DNA of 42,945 nucleotides from a virus (Duplodnaviria > Caudoviricetes). The stretch spans positions 1-42,945 of the IMG/VR virus record IMGVR_UViG_3300020042_004234. One strand, 5' to 3'. Below, piece after piece: positions 7,224 to 16,152 of this stretch. The position numbers and the translations under genes were made by a program. Position 1 is the first letter of the stretch, and each line of letters opens with the position of its first letter. Below the pieces are notes generated by a model, which worked only from the letters and a program-made list of their open reading frames with translations, made no database searches and was not told where the DNA came from.

Positions 7224-8138
7224 TTAAGCGCCGGGTGAACCAAACATTCCGAGTGGATCAGACCAACCAAACGAATAACGCTCACGAGACTTGTAACGTA
7301 CGTTACCAGTATCAAAGTCGCCGTCCATGTTGTTAGCCAAAGGCATACGCTCAAAGTGCTTCATGCCGTTAGGTACGTCAGTTGTCAAGAACCAAGCATT
7401 TGTGTCGGTCAAGTAGTGGTTAATTGCGTAACCTTCTGGGATTGAACCGTTGTTCTTCAATGCGTTGATGTCGTTGTCAGTTGTACCTACGCGCAAGTTA
7501 GTTTCCAACAAGCGGGTTGCAACGAATTGCAGTGCTGGTGGGATGATTAACTTACGTGGCATTGCGGCAATTAACAGACCACGCTCGTCAGTCCAAGCAG
7601 CGATTTGAATAACAGCGTTTTCCAACGAAGTTTCATTCAAGTCAGCGCCAGTTGTAGGACGGTTGCTGTTAGTGCCACCAGAAACTAAAGGATGCGCTGT
7701 TGAGAACAGTGGAACGCCATCGCCGCCGTAGTACTGGGCAGAGTTGGTGAAGCCGTTGTTCAATACAGAAGCAGCTTTAACTTGCTTGGTGTATGCCATT
7801 GCACGAGCTAATGCTTTGGTATAACGAGCAGACAGTGAGTCATACAAGTTATCTTCGATTGCTTCTTCAGTAACTGAGAAGCCCAAAGCAATTGTTTCGT
7901 GGTTGTAACGTGCTGTAAATGCCTCTTGTGCATTGTCATAAGCGATGGCAGAACCTTCGTTTTTGACTGGTGCAGCAGAGAAGCCGGACAGCTTGGTTTC
8001 TTCTTCAAAACTACGTTCTGATTTCTCAGTTTCGTAGATCTCTTTGTGCTCTTCGCCGTAACGCTTGTACTCTAAACCGAACAATGCGTTCAAACCGGGG
8101 AGCAACTCTTTCAGTAGTTGTGCGCGTGAAATAGCCAT
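7224..8138 (-). CDS. major capsid protein (HK97 fold, Mu gpT-like family)
   Basis: MAISRAQLLKELLPGLNALFG start; ARYTKALAR.M; DFDTGNVRYK.RERYSFGWSDP; AGGAG RBS; followed by terminator. Confidence 0.9.
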   Translation of the reverse strand: MAISRAQLLKELLPGLNALFGLEYKRYGEEHKEIYETEKSERSFEEETKLSGFSAAPVKNEGSAIAYDNAQEAFTARYNHETIALGFSVTEEAIEDNLYDSLSARYTKALARAMAYTKQVKAASVLNNGFTNSAQYYGGDGVPLFSTAHPLVSGGTNSNRPTTGADLNETSLENAVIQIAAWTDERGLLIAAMPRKLIIPPALQFVATRLLETNLRVGTTDNDINALKNNGSIPEGYAINHYLTDTNAWFLTTDVPNGMKHFERMPLANNMDGDFDTGNVRYKSRERYSFGWSDPLGMFGSPGA

Positions 8139-8150
8139 AGTTTATGCTCC

Positions 8151-8756
8151 TTATACGCCAGTGGCGTTGTTGTACTGATGCATAGTCGCATTGATTTTGA
8201 CAATAACTTCAGGGAAGTTATCGGCGGCAGTTGCGGTGTCCCGAACTACATCAATGATACGAATAGGCAAAGTGTTGGTTGTGGCAGTGGCAGCCGTAAC
8301 AGCTACTTGGGAATTACCTGTCGTGGTGATACCTGCATTCTGTACCAACGTGGTGTTATTTCCAATGGCAGTAATGCCAACACCAGTAACAGTTGTTCCG
8401 CTAGAAACTACAGCAACCTGGAACAACGTATCAGGATCATCTGCAACCACAGCAAAAATTTTACTCCCCGAAGCGATTGACTGACTTGCTGGGTAGAACT
8501 GTTGTTGTTGAACTTGACCAGTTGAGGAATTGGTAAAACTAACACCTAAAAATACACCGCAAGGCGTAGCTGTAGTTGTGCCAGTATCTTTTTCAATCGT
8601 TCCATCAGAAATACGTTTTACTAAATCGCCATAAAAAATGCTAGTAGCATAGCCACTTGCAATTTCCATTTGACGAGTTGCTCCCGCAAAGACTTGACCA
8701 CCAATCAAATTGACTGGTTTTAGTCCGTACGGTTTATCTACGGTTGGGTAAGCCAT
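8151..8756 (-). CDS. putative capsid cement/minor head protein
   Basis: PYGLKPV..IFYGD.V..GVFLG..V.DDP..LF; immediately upstream of capsid gene. Confidence 0.6.
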   Translation of the reverse strand: MAYPTVDKPYGLKPVNLIGGQVFAGATRQMEIASGYATSIFYGDLVKRISDGTIEKDTGTTTATPCGVFLGVSFTNSSTGQVQQQQFYPASQSIASGSKIFAVVADDPDTLFQVAVVSSGTTVTGVGITAIGNNTTLVQNAGITTTGNSQVAVTAATATTNTLPIRIIDVVRDTATAADNFPEVIVKINATMHQYNNATGV

Positions 8757-8778
8757 ATTAAACTCCTAGTTAAATTAA

Positions 8779-9231
8779 TTATTTGATTCCGTTACCAAAC
8801 CCACCGCCTTTAGTTGTTGTGCTCTTGCGATCACTAAACAGGGGCATGCGGGCATCACTATTACGTAGAAAGCTGTTGTCTACAGAGTCCATTTGATTAC
8901 GAGCTTTTTGGTCGTAATAGGTATCTCTAGCTTCAGCCATCTCTCTTGGTTTCTTACATAAAAGCAAGCCACCAATTTCAACATTTCCATCCTTGTTTGC
9001 TTGAATTTGCAATTCAGGATGGTCCACTGCCTTACATGGCACCCAGTGGTCACGGAACTTTTGAGACACGTTAGTGTCGTTCGGTTGTCCAGCGATCGCT
9101 GTTGCTACCCAGTGAAATACATAATCTGGGTCTGGTGTTGGATCAGGCAATGAGCTCGGTGGTTTGTAAACATAACGAGTTTCGGTTTTTTCGCGGGTTT
9201 CTAAATCCCGGGGTGTGCGTTTATTAGTCAT
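8779..9231 (-). CDS. conserved head-module hypothetical protein
   Basis: GGLLLCK.P motif; between scaffold and capsid genes. Confidence 0.7.
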   Translation of the reverse strand: MTNKRTPRDLETREKTETRYVYKPPSSLPDPTPDPDYVFHWVATAIAGQPNDTNVSQKFRDHWVPCKAVDHPELQIQANKDGNVEIGGLLLCKKPREMAEARDTYYDQKARNQMDSVDNSFLRNSDARMPLFSDRKSTTTKGGGFGNGIK

Positions 9232-9233
9232 TT

Positions 9234-10211
9234 TTAAATCTCCAGTTTAAGAACTTCTTGTGCATATTGTTTGTGGGATAAGCCAAATTTATCTGCCAAC
9301 CTTTGTTGGGTTGTAGTTAGTTTGACTACTCTTTTTGCTCCGGTAGAGCGGGAAGAAGAGGCCACTACAGTTGCGGGTTTCTTAACTGGATCAGCCTTTC
9401 TGTCAGCTGACTCAGAAATACCTAATAACTCAGGGAACACTTGTTTTAAGCGTCCATCAACACGAGAAAAATAATCATCAGAGCGGGGGTCGATTCCCGT
9501 AGCCACTAGTTTTTGGTGCAGCCCTAGTGCAAAAGCTGTCATTTCTTCGTACCCCGGAGACCCAAACCACTGGTTTTTTGCTTGCCAGCGCAAGGTTTTA
9601 TCGTCGAGTCTCGGTGCTTCTTGGGACGATGGTTGTATTTGTACACCAGAATTGTCGTTTTGTAAAGGGGTAGGCTTGAAATTTTTTGCAGACTCTAATT
9701 TCATCTTAGCGTCTGTCAAGTTTTCTTGTGCCGCGAGCATAGCGTCAGAATCGTAAGATTCTTGTGCTTCTTTATACCTGCGGCGTGCCATCTCCATTTC
9801 CGCTTCAGCCTTAGCCTGTAAGGTTTCTGCGTAGGTAACTTCACCATTTTTTACATATTCTTTGAGCCGCTGGTTCTCTTCCAAAATAGAACGAGCCATA
9901 CGTTCAAGTTCGTCTTTTTCACGCGAAATTTCTTCTTTGGCGCGTCTTTCATCATGCCGTGCGTGTGTAAGTTTTTTTATTTTAAGCTGAACAGTTTTAG
10001 AATATTCATCAAGTTCTTCGTCTGAAGGGTCTTCAACTTCATAACCAAGGGGTCTTGCATCACGATCTTTTTCAGGAGTGTCATCTTCGATTTGGATATC
10101 AACGTCACCTTCTGCGTCAATATCTATATCAAAGTCGTCTTCGGGTTTACCCTTAGTTTCTGACTGTTCTTCTTCAATCTCATGCGGGAATTTGTAGTCG
10201 TTATCTGCCAT
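9234..10211 (-). CDS. putative capsid scaffolding protein
   Basis: acidic N-terminus, long coiled coil, C-terminal helix pair (LT..QQ.LADKFGLS..QYA); position. Confidence 0.7.
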   Translation of the reverse strand: MADNDYKFPHEIEEEQSETKGKPEDDFDIDIDAEGDVDIQIEDDTPEKDRDARPLGYEVEDPSDEELDEYSKTVQLKIKKLTHARHDERRAKEEISREKDELERMARSILEENQRLKEYVKNGEVTYAETLQAKAEAEMEMARRRYKEAQESYDSDAMLAAQENLTDAKMKLESAKNFKPTPLQNDNSGVQIQPSSQEAPRLDDKTLRWQAKNQWFGSPGYEEMTAFALGLHQKLVATGIDPRSDDYFSRVDGRLKQVFPELLGISESADRKADPVKKPATVVASSSRSTGAKRVVKLTTTQQRLADKFGLSHKQYAQEVLKLEI

Positions 10212-10222
10212 GTGTATCTCCT

Positions 10223-10651
10223 TTATACGCGGGTAATGCCGCGTGGGTCTTCAACAGTTGCTTCAACCTGATCATCATTAATCAAGCGAAACTCTTTTCC
10301 GTGAATTTTTAGACGGGTTCCTGTATACGGGCGGGTAATAACGAAGTCGCCTTCTTTACACCATGCACCTTCTGGGAATTTTTCCGCATCATAGGCGCTA
10401 GGCCCCAGTTTTATAACAAACAGCACTGGTGAGGTCAATTCCTCAATTTCTTTGGTTTTATCTGCCTTAACAATCCCACTATCAAATGCGTCGTCAGGGT
10501 CGATTAATGCACAGAGCAAACGCCAACCTTTAGGGTCGGGTAGCGCCTTTGCCTTATCTTCTGCTGCTTCGTACTCTTGATCCACTTCTGGGGCTTTAAC
10601 GCCCGGCGGCAGGACTAATTCCGTTTCTGGTAACGCGATGGTTTCACTCAT
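10223..10651 (-). CDS. groES: GroES-like co-chaperonin
   Basis: P.GWRLL, SGI mobile loop, VIKLG, WCKEGDFV..YTGT..GKEFRLINDD.V.A. Confidence 0.85.
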   Translation of the reverse strand: MSETIALPETELVLPPGVKAPEVDQEYEAAEDKAKALPDPKGWRLLCALIDPDDAFDSGIVKADKTKEIEELTSPVLFVIKLGPSAYDAEKFPEGAWCKEGDFVITRPYTGTRLKIHGKEFRLINDDQVEATVEDPRGITRV

Positions 10652-10850
10652 CGTTGTCTTTCTCTATATTTTCAGCGAGGTCAATTAAATGGCGCTCTGC
10701 ATAGGCTAGACCTCGAATCACCCCGCAAAGTTCTTTGTACTGCTCAAAGGACGCGCACTGACCATTTGCCAAATCGTCAGTAAAGTTGTTCATATCTGCA
10801 CGAAATTTATCGCGTAATACCTGTAATACATTCATCGTTGATACATCCAT
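10644..10850 (-). CDS. small helical hypothetical protein
   Basis: FEQYKELCGVIRGL motif; between portal and GroES. Confidence 0.7.
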   Translation of the reverse strand: MDVSTMNVLQVLRDKFRADMNNFTDDLANGQCASFEQYKELCGVIRGLAYAERHLIDLAENIEKDNDE

Positions 10851-10853
10851 TTA

Positions 10854-13304
10854 TTACTCTCCTTTTTGTTTTTTGTACATTTGAGCCCGTGATTTAGCAA
10901 TGTCTACACCAATCTTGGTGCCTTCAAGCTGTTCTTTTATCTGCATTTCTCTGGTTTTTACCTTGTTTTGCTCGGTAATTTTAACCATGTCCATCTCCAT
11001 TTTGGACTCAAGTTCTTGTTTCTTAAGGTTAAGTTCATCAACCTTAGCGGCGCCATCAATCTGCATCTTCTGCTTTTTAAGCTCCAGCTCGCCTTGTTTA
11101 ATCTGCAATTCTTGCATCTGCATCTGTAATACAGGGTCTTGGGCGTTTTGCTGGGCTTGCTGCTGTGCAGCCATAGCTTTGGACTCTGCAAGCACTTGTG
11201 GTGCTGCTTCTGCCATAAGGCGGCTGATTTCTTTTTCCAACTCTGGTGGCAATTCGTCTTCTGGGTTCGGTAGTGCTACACCCAACGCTAGCTCGATCTT
11301 GTTTCTGTAGGCATATCCAACGTGCTCGGCAATGTGCGCCTGCATAGACCCCATGATTGCCTGAGCCTGTGGGTTCTGTCCAATGAGTTGCATAACGATT
11401 GGGTCCGTCATGGCAGACTGGTGAACCTTGATATGCGCTTCGTGATCTTGATACGAGAACGCCTTGAGTGGTTTGCCCCGCAGTGCGTTCTGGTTTTCCG
11501 TTACAGGATCTTTTGGCTTCTCGTCATCTTCCAACGGCACGAGTTTGCTAGCGTGCTTGATACCCAACACATCTAGCATCTGACGGTGCAGGAACGGCAA
11601 GTCATAAATCTGCGGAGCCATCTGCGCCATCTGGATAACGGCTTGGTACTGGACAACTCGTTGAGAAAGAGTTGCTGCGTTGGGGTCGCTTACTGGAATT
11701 ACTTCAACGATGCTGTAGTCTTCGCGCTTGGCGCTTGGACGACCTTCTTCTGGCTCGTAGGTGTAGTCAGGATCGGTGTAGTCACGGATCAAACCAGCGA
11801 TAAGCTGCAACTCTTGCTTGAGAGCGTAGTGAACACGGGCTTGTACCGCACTCATTACCTTTAGGCTTCTTTCCAATATAGCCAGCGTAGTACCCACTGG
11901 CGCCTGATTAGACATGTCGCTAATCTTCATATCAGATGTTGCGGCAAAACGACGTGCTTCATCAATGATCTTATCCATCAAGCCAGACAGAACTACCGAC
12001 GGCTCTTTGTATGGCAACGGCAAGATGTTGTCTCTAATGCTGCCTGAACCTACATCTACGTCACGGAACTCACCCGGTGCGATCGGTGTGTCATCACCTT
12101 TTATACGCAAGCCACGGGCTTTGAGACCGCCGGGCAAGTTGGAGAGGGTTCCGGCGTCCACGAGCTGACGCATGATGCTAGTAGCAGACTTAGCGTAGCC
12201 ACCAATAAGATGGAACAAACCAAAACCGTACGAGCCATAGCCCGGAATGTATTGGTAATGTATAAAATGATGGCGCTTAAGTTTGAGGTCATCGTCTTCT
12301 CTCCAGTTGCGGCGAATAGCTAGAATTTCATTGGTACCACGAAGCATGGTTACTACGTAAGGCAACGCAATCCCGGTGGGCTCGTCGTCTTCGTCTTTAT
12401 CTTCATAGCCCTCGATGTCAAGGTCAACGTGTGATTCGTACAGTTCAAAGCGATCATCGTTTGATGCAGAAAAGCCAGTCTCTCTGTCTTTGCTTTCTTG
12501 AATATCACTAGTAAATTTATCTGGTTCACCTAGCTCAATGTCACGGTAAAAGCCAGCATTCATTAGCTTTAACAGCTCATTTTTAGTCTTGCGCATGCGG
12601 TGCGTGATGCGATGACACGTATTTATCTCACTAATCCCATACGGCAGCATAATGTCTTCGGCAGGTATAAATACCGATACTGGACGCCCAAGGCTGGGGT
12701 CGTAATACACTTTCTTAAACGCCGAACCAGCACTTGGCAGATTCCAGAGCATCTTCTCGTGCTCAGGTCTGTACTCAGGCATCTTCTCTGTTAACTGGTA
12801 GTTCATGTCGTCTTCAACACGAGTAGCCGCATCTTTCTTCTCTGGGGTATCCCGCCCAATGATTTGCGTACGTACAGGTCCTTTTGCTGGGAAAGTCTCC
12901 ATGATGGTATCTGACTGGAAACGTACTACCGCTTCTGTAATCATCGGGTGAAACACACCGCAAGCACCATCCCAAGGCTCAGTTCTTTCTTCAAACTTCA
13001 AACCCAAGAGCGTAATGCCCTCTTTGTACATTTTCTCCCAGTCAGAGCGAGAGCCAATGTCATTATCAATATCTTCTGAAAGATCACTTGCTAGCGATTG
13101 CAAAACGCCATCATCTAGAATATCGGCAAGGTTCTCATCAAAATTAGCGTCATCTTCGCCTTTTTCAATACTAAGAATCTCTTCACCGTCAAGGCTGAGT
13201 TTTACTGATTCCGGATCTTCGATCTCAATCTCAATGTCTGGCTCTTCGTTTTCCAAGCCTTCTAAACCCTGTGGGGCTGCGTATAAACTTTTTTCTATGC
13301 TCAT
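10854..13304 (-). CDS. portal protein (P22-like, long C-terminal Gln-rich coiled coil)
   Basis: 816 aa directly after terL; PWDGACGVFHP, GSAFKKVYYD, PG.G.YGFGL.H; helical tail. Confidence 0.85.
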   Translation of the reverse strand: MSIEKSLYAAPQGLEGLENEEPDIEIEIEDPESVKLSLDGEEILSIEKGEDDANFDENLADILDDGVLQSLASDLSEDIDNDIGSRSDWEKMYKEGITLLGLKFEERTEPWDGACGVFHPMITEAVVRFQSDTIMETFPAKGPVRTQIIGRDTPEKKDAATRVEDDMNYQLTEKMPEYRPEHEKMLWNLPSAGSAFKKVYYDPSLGRPVSVFIPAEDIMLPYGISEINTCHRITHRMRKTKNELLKLMNAGFYRDIELGEPDKFTSDIQESKDRETGFSASNDDRFELYESHVDLDIEGYEDKDEDDEPTGIALPYVVTMLRGTNEILAIRRNWREDDDLKLKRHHFIHYQYIPGYGSYGFGLFHLIGGYAKSATSIMRQLVDAGTLSNLPGGLKARGLRIKGDDTPIAPGEFRDVDVGSGSIRDNILPLPYKEPSVVLSGLMDKIIDEARRFAATSDMKISDMSNQAPVGTTLAILERSLKVMSAVQARVHYALKQELQLIAGLIRDYTDPDYTYEPEEGRPSAKREDYSIVEVIPVSDPNAATLSQRVVQYQAVIQMAQMAPQIYDLPFLHRQMLDVLGIKHASKLVPLEDDEKPKDPVTENQNALRGKPLKAFSYQDHEAHIKVHQSAMTDPIVMQLIGQNPQAQAIMGSMQAHIAEHVGYAYRNKIELALGVALPNPEDELPPELEKEISRLMAEAAPQVLAESKAMAAQQQAQQNAQDPVLQMQMQELQIKQGELELKKQKMQIDGAAKVDELNLKKQELESKMEMDMVKITEQNKVKTREMQIKEQLEGTKIGVDIAKSRAQMYKKQKGE

Positions 13305-13312
13305 TTTTGGTC

Positions 13313-14884
13313 CTAGTAATATGCCGCACGTCTGCGGTATTTGTAAGTTAAATCTTCTTGTTCATCAGTTTCAAGGCTAATAAAGCCCCCCTGCCTGTAA
13401 CGCAGTAGCGCCTGTGTGCAAGTATCCACGAAGTCATCGTGTTCGCCAACTGGGAAACTAGCAATTTCTTCAATTACTTCTCTTGCCCAACGTGTGTCTG
13501 GTGCCCATACTTTACCAGATGTAAACAGATCCGCTACAGCGTTTAAACGAACCATTTTGTCGTTGCCGCGTGAGGGTGAAAATTCCTGCACCGGAATACC
13601 GATGAGGCGAAGTTCTTGAATTAACGGGGCACCCGCCGCCTTTTTCTCCACAATAAACGCATCTGGTGTCCACTCTTTGTAATGCTTAAGGGCTATCTGT
13701 TTGAGTTCCGGGAAGGTCATGCGGTCTTTAAATGCGTCAAGCAGAATGATGTTGGGGCTGCGTTTATCCTCGTTATCGTAGAAAACACCCCATGTTGTGC
13801 ACGCAGAATAGTCACTGTTGTTTTTTGTTTCAAACGCCGTATCCCAAGACTGAATCAAATACTCACACTTGGGCGGATCGTCTGCTTCCCATATTTTCCA
13901 ATCCTTTCGCCCTACCAGTGCGCTCATGTCACTAGTCGGATTCTGCATGTACTGGGCATTCCAGTACCGTGGGTCTATGGAATTCTGGGTGTTTTTTAAC
14001 GCTTCAAGGCTCCACTGCGCAGGCCAAAGCGATTTTTCATCATCTGTACCAGCGTTAACTATGGCGGGCAGTTCTACGATTTCCCAAGGTATGGTCTCTG
14101 GGTTTTTTATCTGATAGTCAATTAAACGCCCTGTTAAATCTAACAACGACCACCTAGTCATGATTACTATGATTGCACCGCCAGGCATTAAACGTTGCAA
14201 GGGACCCGTTTGAAACCAAGACCAAGCGTTATCAAACGCCAGCCTTGAGTTTGCTTTCATATCTTGTTCAGAATGTGGGTCGTCAATAACAAATAAATCT
14301 GCTCCGCGACCAGCCAAAGCCCCGCCAACACCAGCTGCGTAATACTGACCACCAGCACCAGTACTCCATTTCCCAGCCGCTTTCTGGTCGTCTGCGACGA
14401 CGGTATTTGGAAAGATTTCACGGTATTCCTCACTATCTATTAGGTTTCGCACCCGTCGTCCAAAGTCCTCAGACAAACTTGCCGTATGGGTACCCATGAT
14501 AATTTTCTTATGTGGGAAGTTACCTAAAAAATAAGCAGGAAATAAGTAAGAGCTGAACTCCGACTTACCCATACGAGGTGCAATGTTGATAATGACCCGC
14601 TTTTTCTTACCATCGACTACGTCTTGAAAGATTTTAGCTAAGCGTTTGTGGTGCGGGCCTACTTTAAACCCAGGATATATGCGTTTTGCAAACTCTATCG
14701 GGTTAGTTTTAGAGGTGTGTACCTCAAACCTGTGTTCTTTTTTCTCAAGATCGGCTAAAAATGCCAGTTTCTCGACCTTGTCCATGTCTTTTAGCGCTTT
14801 TTGCGCCGCCATTGCTTCTTCTGGGGTAAAAAAATCTAGATTCATGTATACGTTTTTGGGGTTTTTATGTACATCTATGTTCAT
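13313..14884 (-). CDS. terL: terminase large subunit
   Basis: Walker A APRMGKS, GRGADLFVIDDP, YMQNP, nuclease SWDTA, VEKKAAG, HDDFVD. Confidence 0.95.
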   Translation of the reverse strand: MNIDVHKNPKNVYMNLDFFTPEEAMAAQKALKDMDKVEKLAFLADLEKKEHRFEVHTSKTNPIEFAKRIYPGFKVGPHHKRLAKIFQDVVDGKKKRVIINIAPRMGKSEFSSYLFPAYFLGNFPHKKIIMGTHTASLSEDFGRRVRNLIDSEEYREIFPNTVVADDQKAAGKWSTGAGGQYYAAGVGGALAGRGADLFVIDDPHSEQDMKANSRLAFDNAWSWFQTGPLQRLMPGGAIIVIMTRWSLLDLTGRLIDYQIKNPETIPWEIVELPAIVNAGTDDEKSLWPAQWSLEALKNTQNSIDPRYWNAQYMQNPTSDMSALVGRKDWKIWEADDPPKCEYLIQSWDTAFETKNNSDYSACTTWGVFYDNEDKRSPNIILLDAFKDRMTFPELKQIALKHYKEWTPDAFIVEKKAAGAPLIQELRLIGIPVQEFSPSRGNDKMVRLNAVADLFTSGKVWAPDTRWAREVIEEIASFPVGEHDDFVDTCTQALLRYRQGGFISLETDEQEDLTYKYRRRAAYY

Positions 14885-15474
14885 GTGTCGATTTTTTCGT
14901 CTTTTGTATACACGTCTTCTACATCGACCACATCTACCGCACCCATGTACCTACCCAGCTTCTCTTTTATGCGTGCATCCAATTCCTCATCACTAACATC
15001 CTCACTTTTGACCGCTATGCGGTCAGTGAAAAGGGCGACTTCTGTAACCTTGCCTAGCATTTCTAGTGCTTTTAATCTTATTCTTGCATCTGGGTGGCTA
15101 ACTTCTTTGACAATATGGGTTACTGCCATGCTTCGTAACTCTTCTGCTTGCTCAATAAACTTCCACTGGTACGCAGTCACCATGCCTACGGCTGTCTTTA
15201 TCTCTTCTGGTAAGTCTAGCTCGAGTAATTTTTGTTTTGCGTTGGGGTCTCTGGTTGTCAACGCATTGAAGGCGTCAACCGTTTTTTCTTCTTGGGCTTC
15301 GGTTAGTGTAGCTTCGTCATCGTCTTGAAAAGCCTCTAGCCATTTACTGGTTTTGTGCTGTGCGCTAAGTGTTTGCGCTGGGGTGAGGTCTTCTAGGGGG
15401 TCAAAGGTTTCGCCAGAGAAGGTGTCTGGTATATAGTCTGCTGCGGACGCTGTGACTAAGTGTTCTAAAAACAA
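14881..15474 (-). CDS. putative terminase small subunit
   Basis: directly upstream of terL; helical RLKALEMLGK motif; TTG start after purine-rich RBS. Confidence 0.55.
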   Translation of the reverse strand: MFLEHLVTASAADYIPDTFSGETFDPLEDLTPAQTLSAQHKTSKWLEAFQDDDEATLTEAQEEKTVDAFNALTTRDPNAKQKLLELDLPEEIKTAVGMVTAYQWKFIEQAEELRSMAVTHIVKEVSHPDARIRLKALEMLGKVTEVALFTDRIAVKSEDVSDEELDARIKEKLGRYMGAVDVVDVEDVYTKDEKIDT

Positions 15475-15546
15475 CTGCTCTTCCCCTTTGGTTGCGTGTG
15501 GTGATCACGTATGGCTGGAGTATATATTGTTTTTCAGTTTTTTGTG

Positions 15547-15552
15547 TATAAT
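15547..15552 (+). promoter_or_regulatory. -10 box TATAAT for putative small RNA
   Basis: consensus TATAAT 7 nt before first hairpin; no clear -35. Confidence 0.5.
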
Positions 15553-15558
15553 TTGTTT

Positions 15559-15647
15559 ACCGTAGCTTTTCCTCCTTCGTTTGGGCTATGGTTGATGTTA
15601 GTACATCCTCGTTTAAACCCCCACCTAAGACGTGGGGGTTTTTTTTT
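15559..15647 (+). ncRNA. putative small RNA with anti-Shine-Dalgarno loop
   Basis: hairpin ACCGTAGC/GCTATGGT with loop TTTTCCTCCTTCGTTTGG, second hairpin GATGT/ACATC, then terminator. Confidence 0.55.
15615..15647 (+). terminator. intrinsic terminator (possibly bidirectional)
   Basis: AAACCCCCAC-7nt-GTGGGGGTTT plus T run. Confidence 0.8.
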
Positions 15648-15648
15648 A

Positions 15649-15771
15649 TTACTTGGTGAACTGCTTGATGCTTGAGACAAAAGCGTTAATCCAAAACTCG
15701 TTTACTTCTTTGATGCGCTCTGCCAACTGTTCGAACTGCTTGGTTTGTTTAGTGAAATCGAAATAATTCAT
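15649..15771 (-). CDS. 40-aa amphipathic helical peptide (phasin-like, inferred)
   Basis: MNYFDFTKQTKQFEQLAERIKEVNEFWINAFVSSIKQFTK; TAAGGA RBS; own TATAAT upstream. Confidence 0.65.
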   Translation of the reverse strand: MNYFDFTKQTKQFEQLAERIKEVNEFWINAFVSSIKQFTK

Positions 15772-15824
15772 ATATGTTTCCTTAAGTAGGTTATTGACTC
15801 GTTTATGTTACACAAGGTTTATGT

Positions 15825-15842
15825 TGCAACGCACCAATTATA
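15825..15842 (-). promoter_or_regulatory. -10 box TATAAT (15842-15837) with TGC-N3-GCA site near +1
   Basis: plus strand reads TGCAACGCA at 15825-15833 and ATTATA at 15837-15842. Confidence 0.45.
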
Positions 15843-16033
15843 GCGTGGAATTTTTTGTAGTGCCGGTGTATAAGATTTGACATGCCCCCTTATTTTTTTT
15901 ACAAAATTTGACATAAATTAAAATTATGGCTGAGGAACAGTGTTGTATCCGCCACGCACGCACGACAGCAAAACGGGTTGGTGGGTATCGGGTGGGGTTC
16001 ACGCCTAGCCACACATAGTTCTCCACAAGCCGT

Positions 16034-16044
16034 TGTGGTATAAT
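16034..16044 (+). promoter_or_regulatory. extended -10 sigma70 promoter of early arm
   Basis: TGTGGTATAAT matches TGnTATAAT. Confidence 0.7.
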
Positions 16045-16077
16045 AGAGGTATCGATTGAGTGATCAGTCGGTGTTCC

Positions 16078-16110
16078 GAGCCAAGCCTAACCGCTTGGCT
16101 CTTTTCGTTT
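16078..16110 (+). terminator. terminator/attenuator-like hairpin in early leader
   Basis: GAGCCAAGC-6nt-GCTTGGCTC followed by TTTTCGTTT. Confidence 0.5.
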
Positions 16111-16129
16111 GAGGACAAGTTGTCCTCAA
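16109..16129. repeat. 21-bp palindrome copy 1 (TTGAGGACAAGTTGTCCTCAA)
   Basis: perfect dyad with 1-nt centre. Confidence 0.9.
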
Positions 16130-16152
16130 TTACTTTTGATAGGAGTTTAGCT

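Noticed and set aside
15838-16026. 62-aa minus-strand ORF
   Set aside because: Crosses the low-complexity strand-switch region; no RBS or protein-like features
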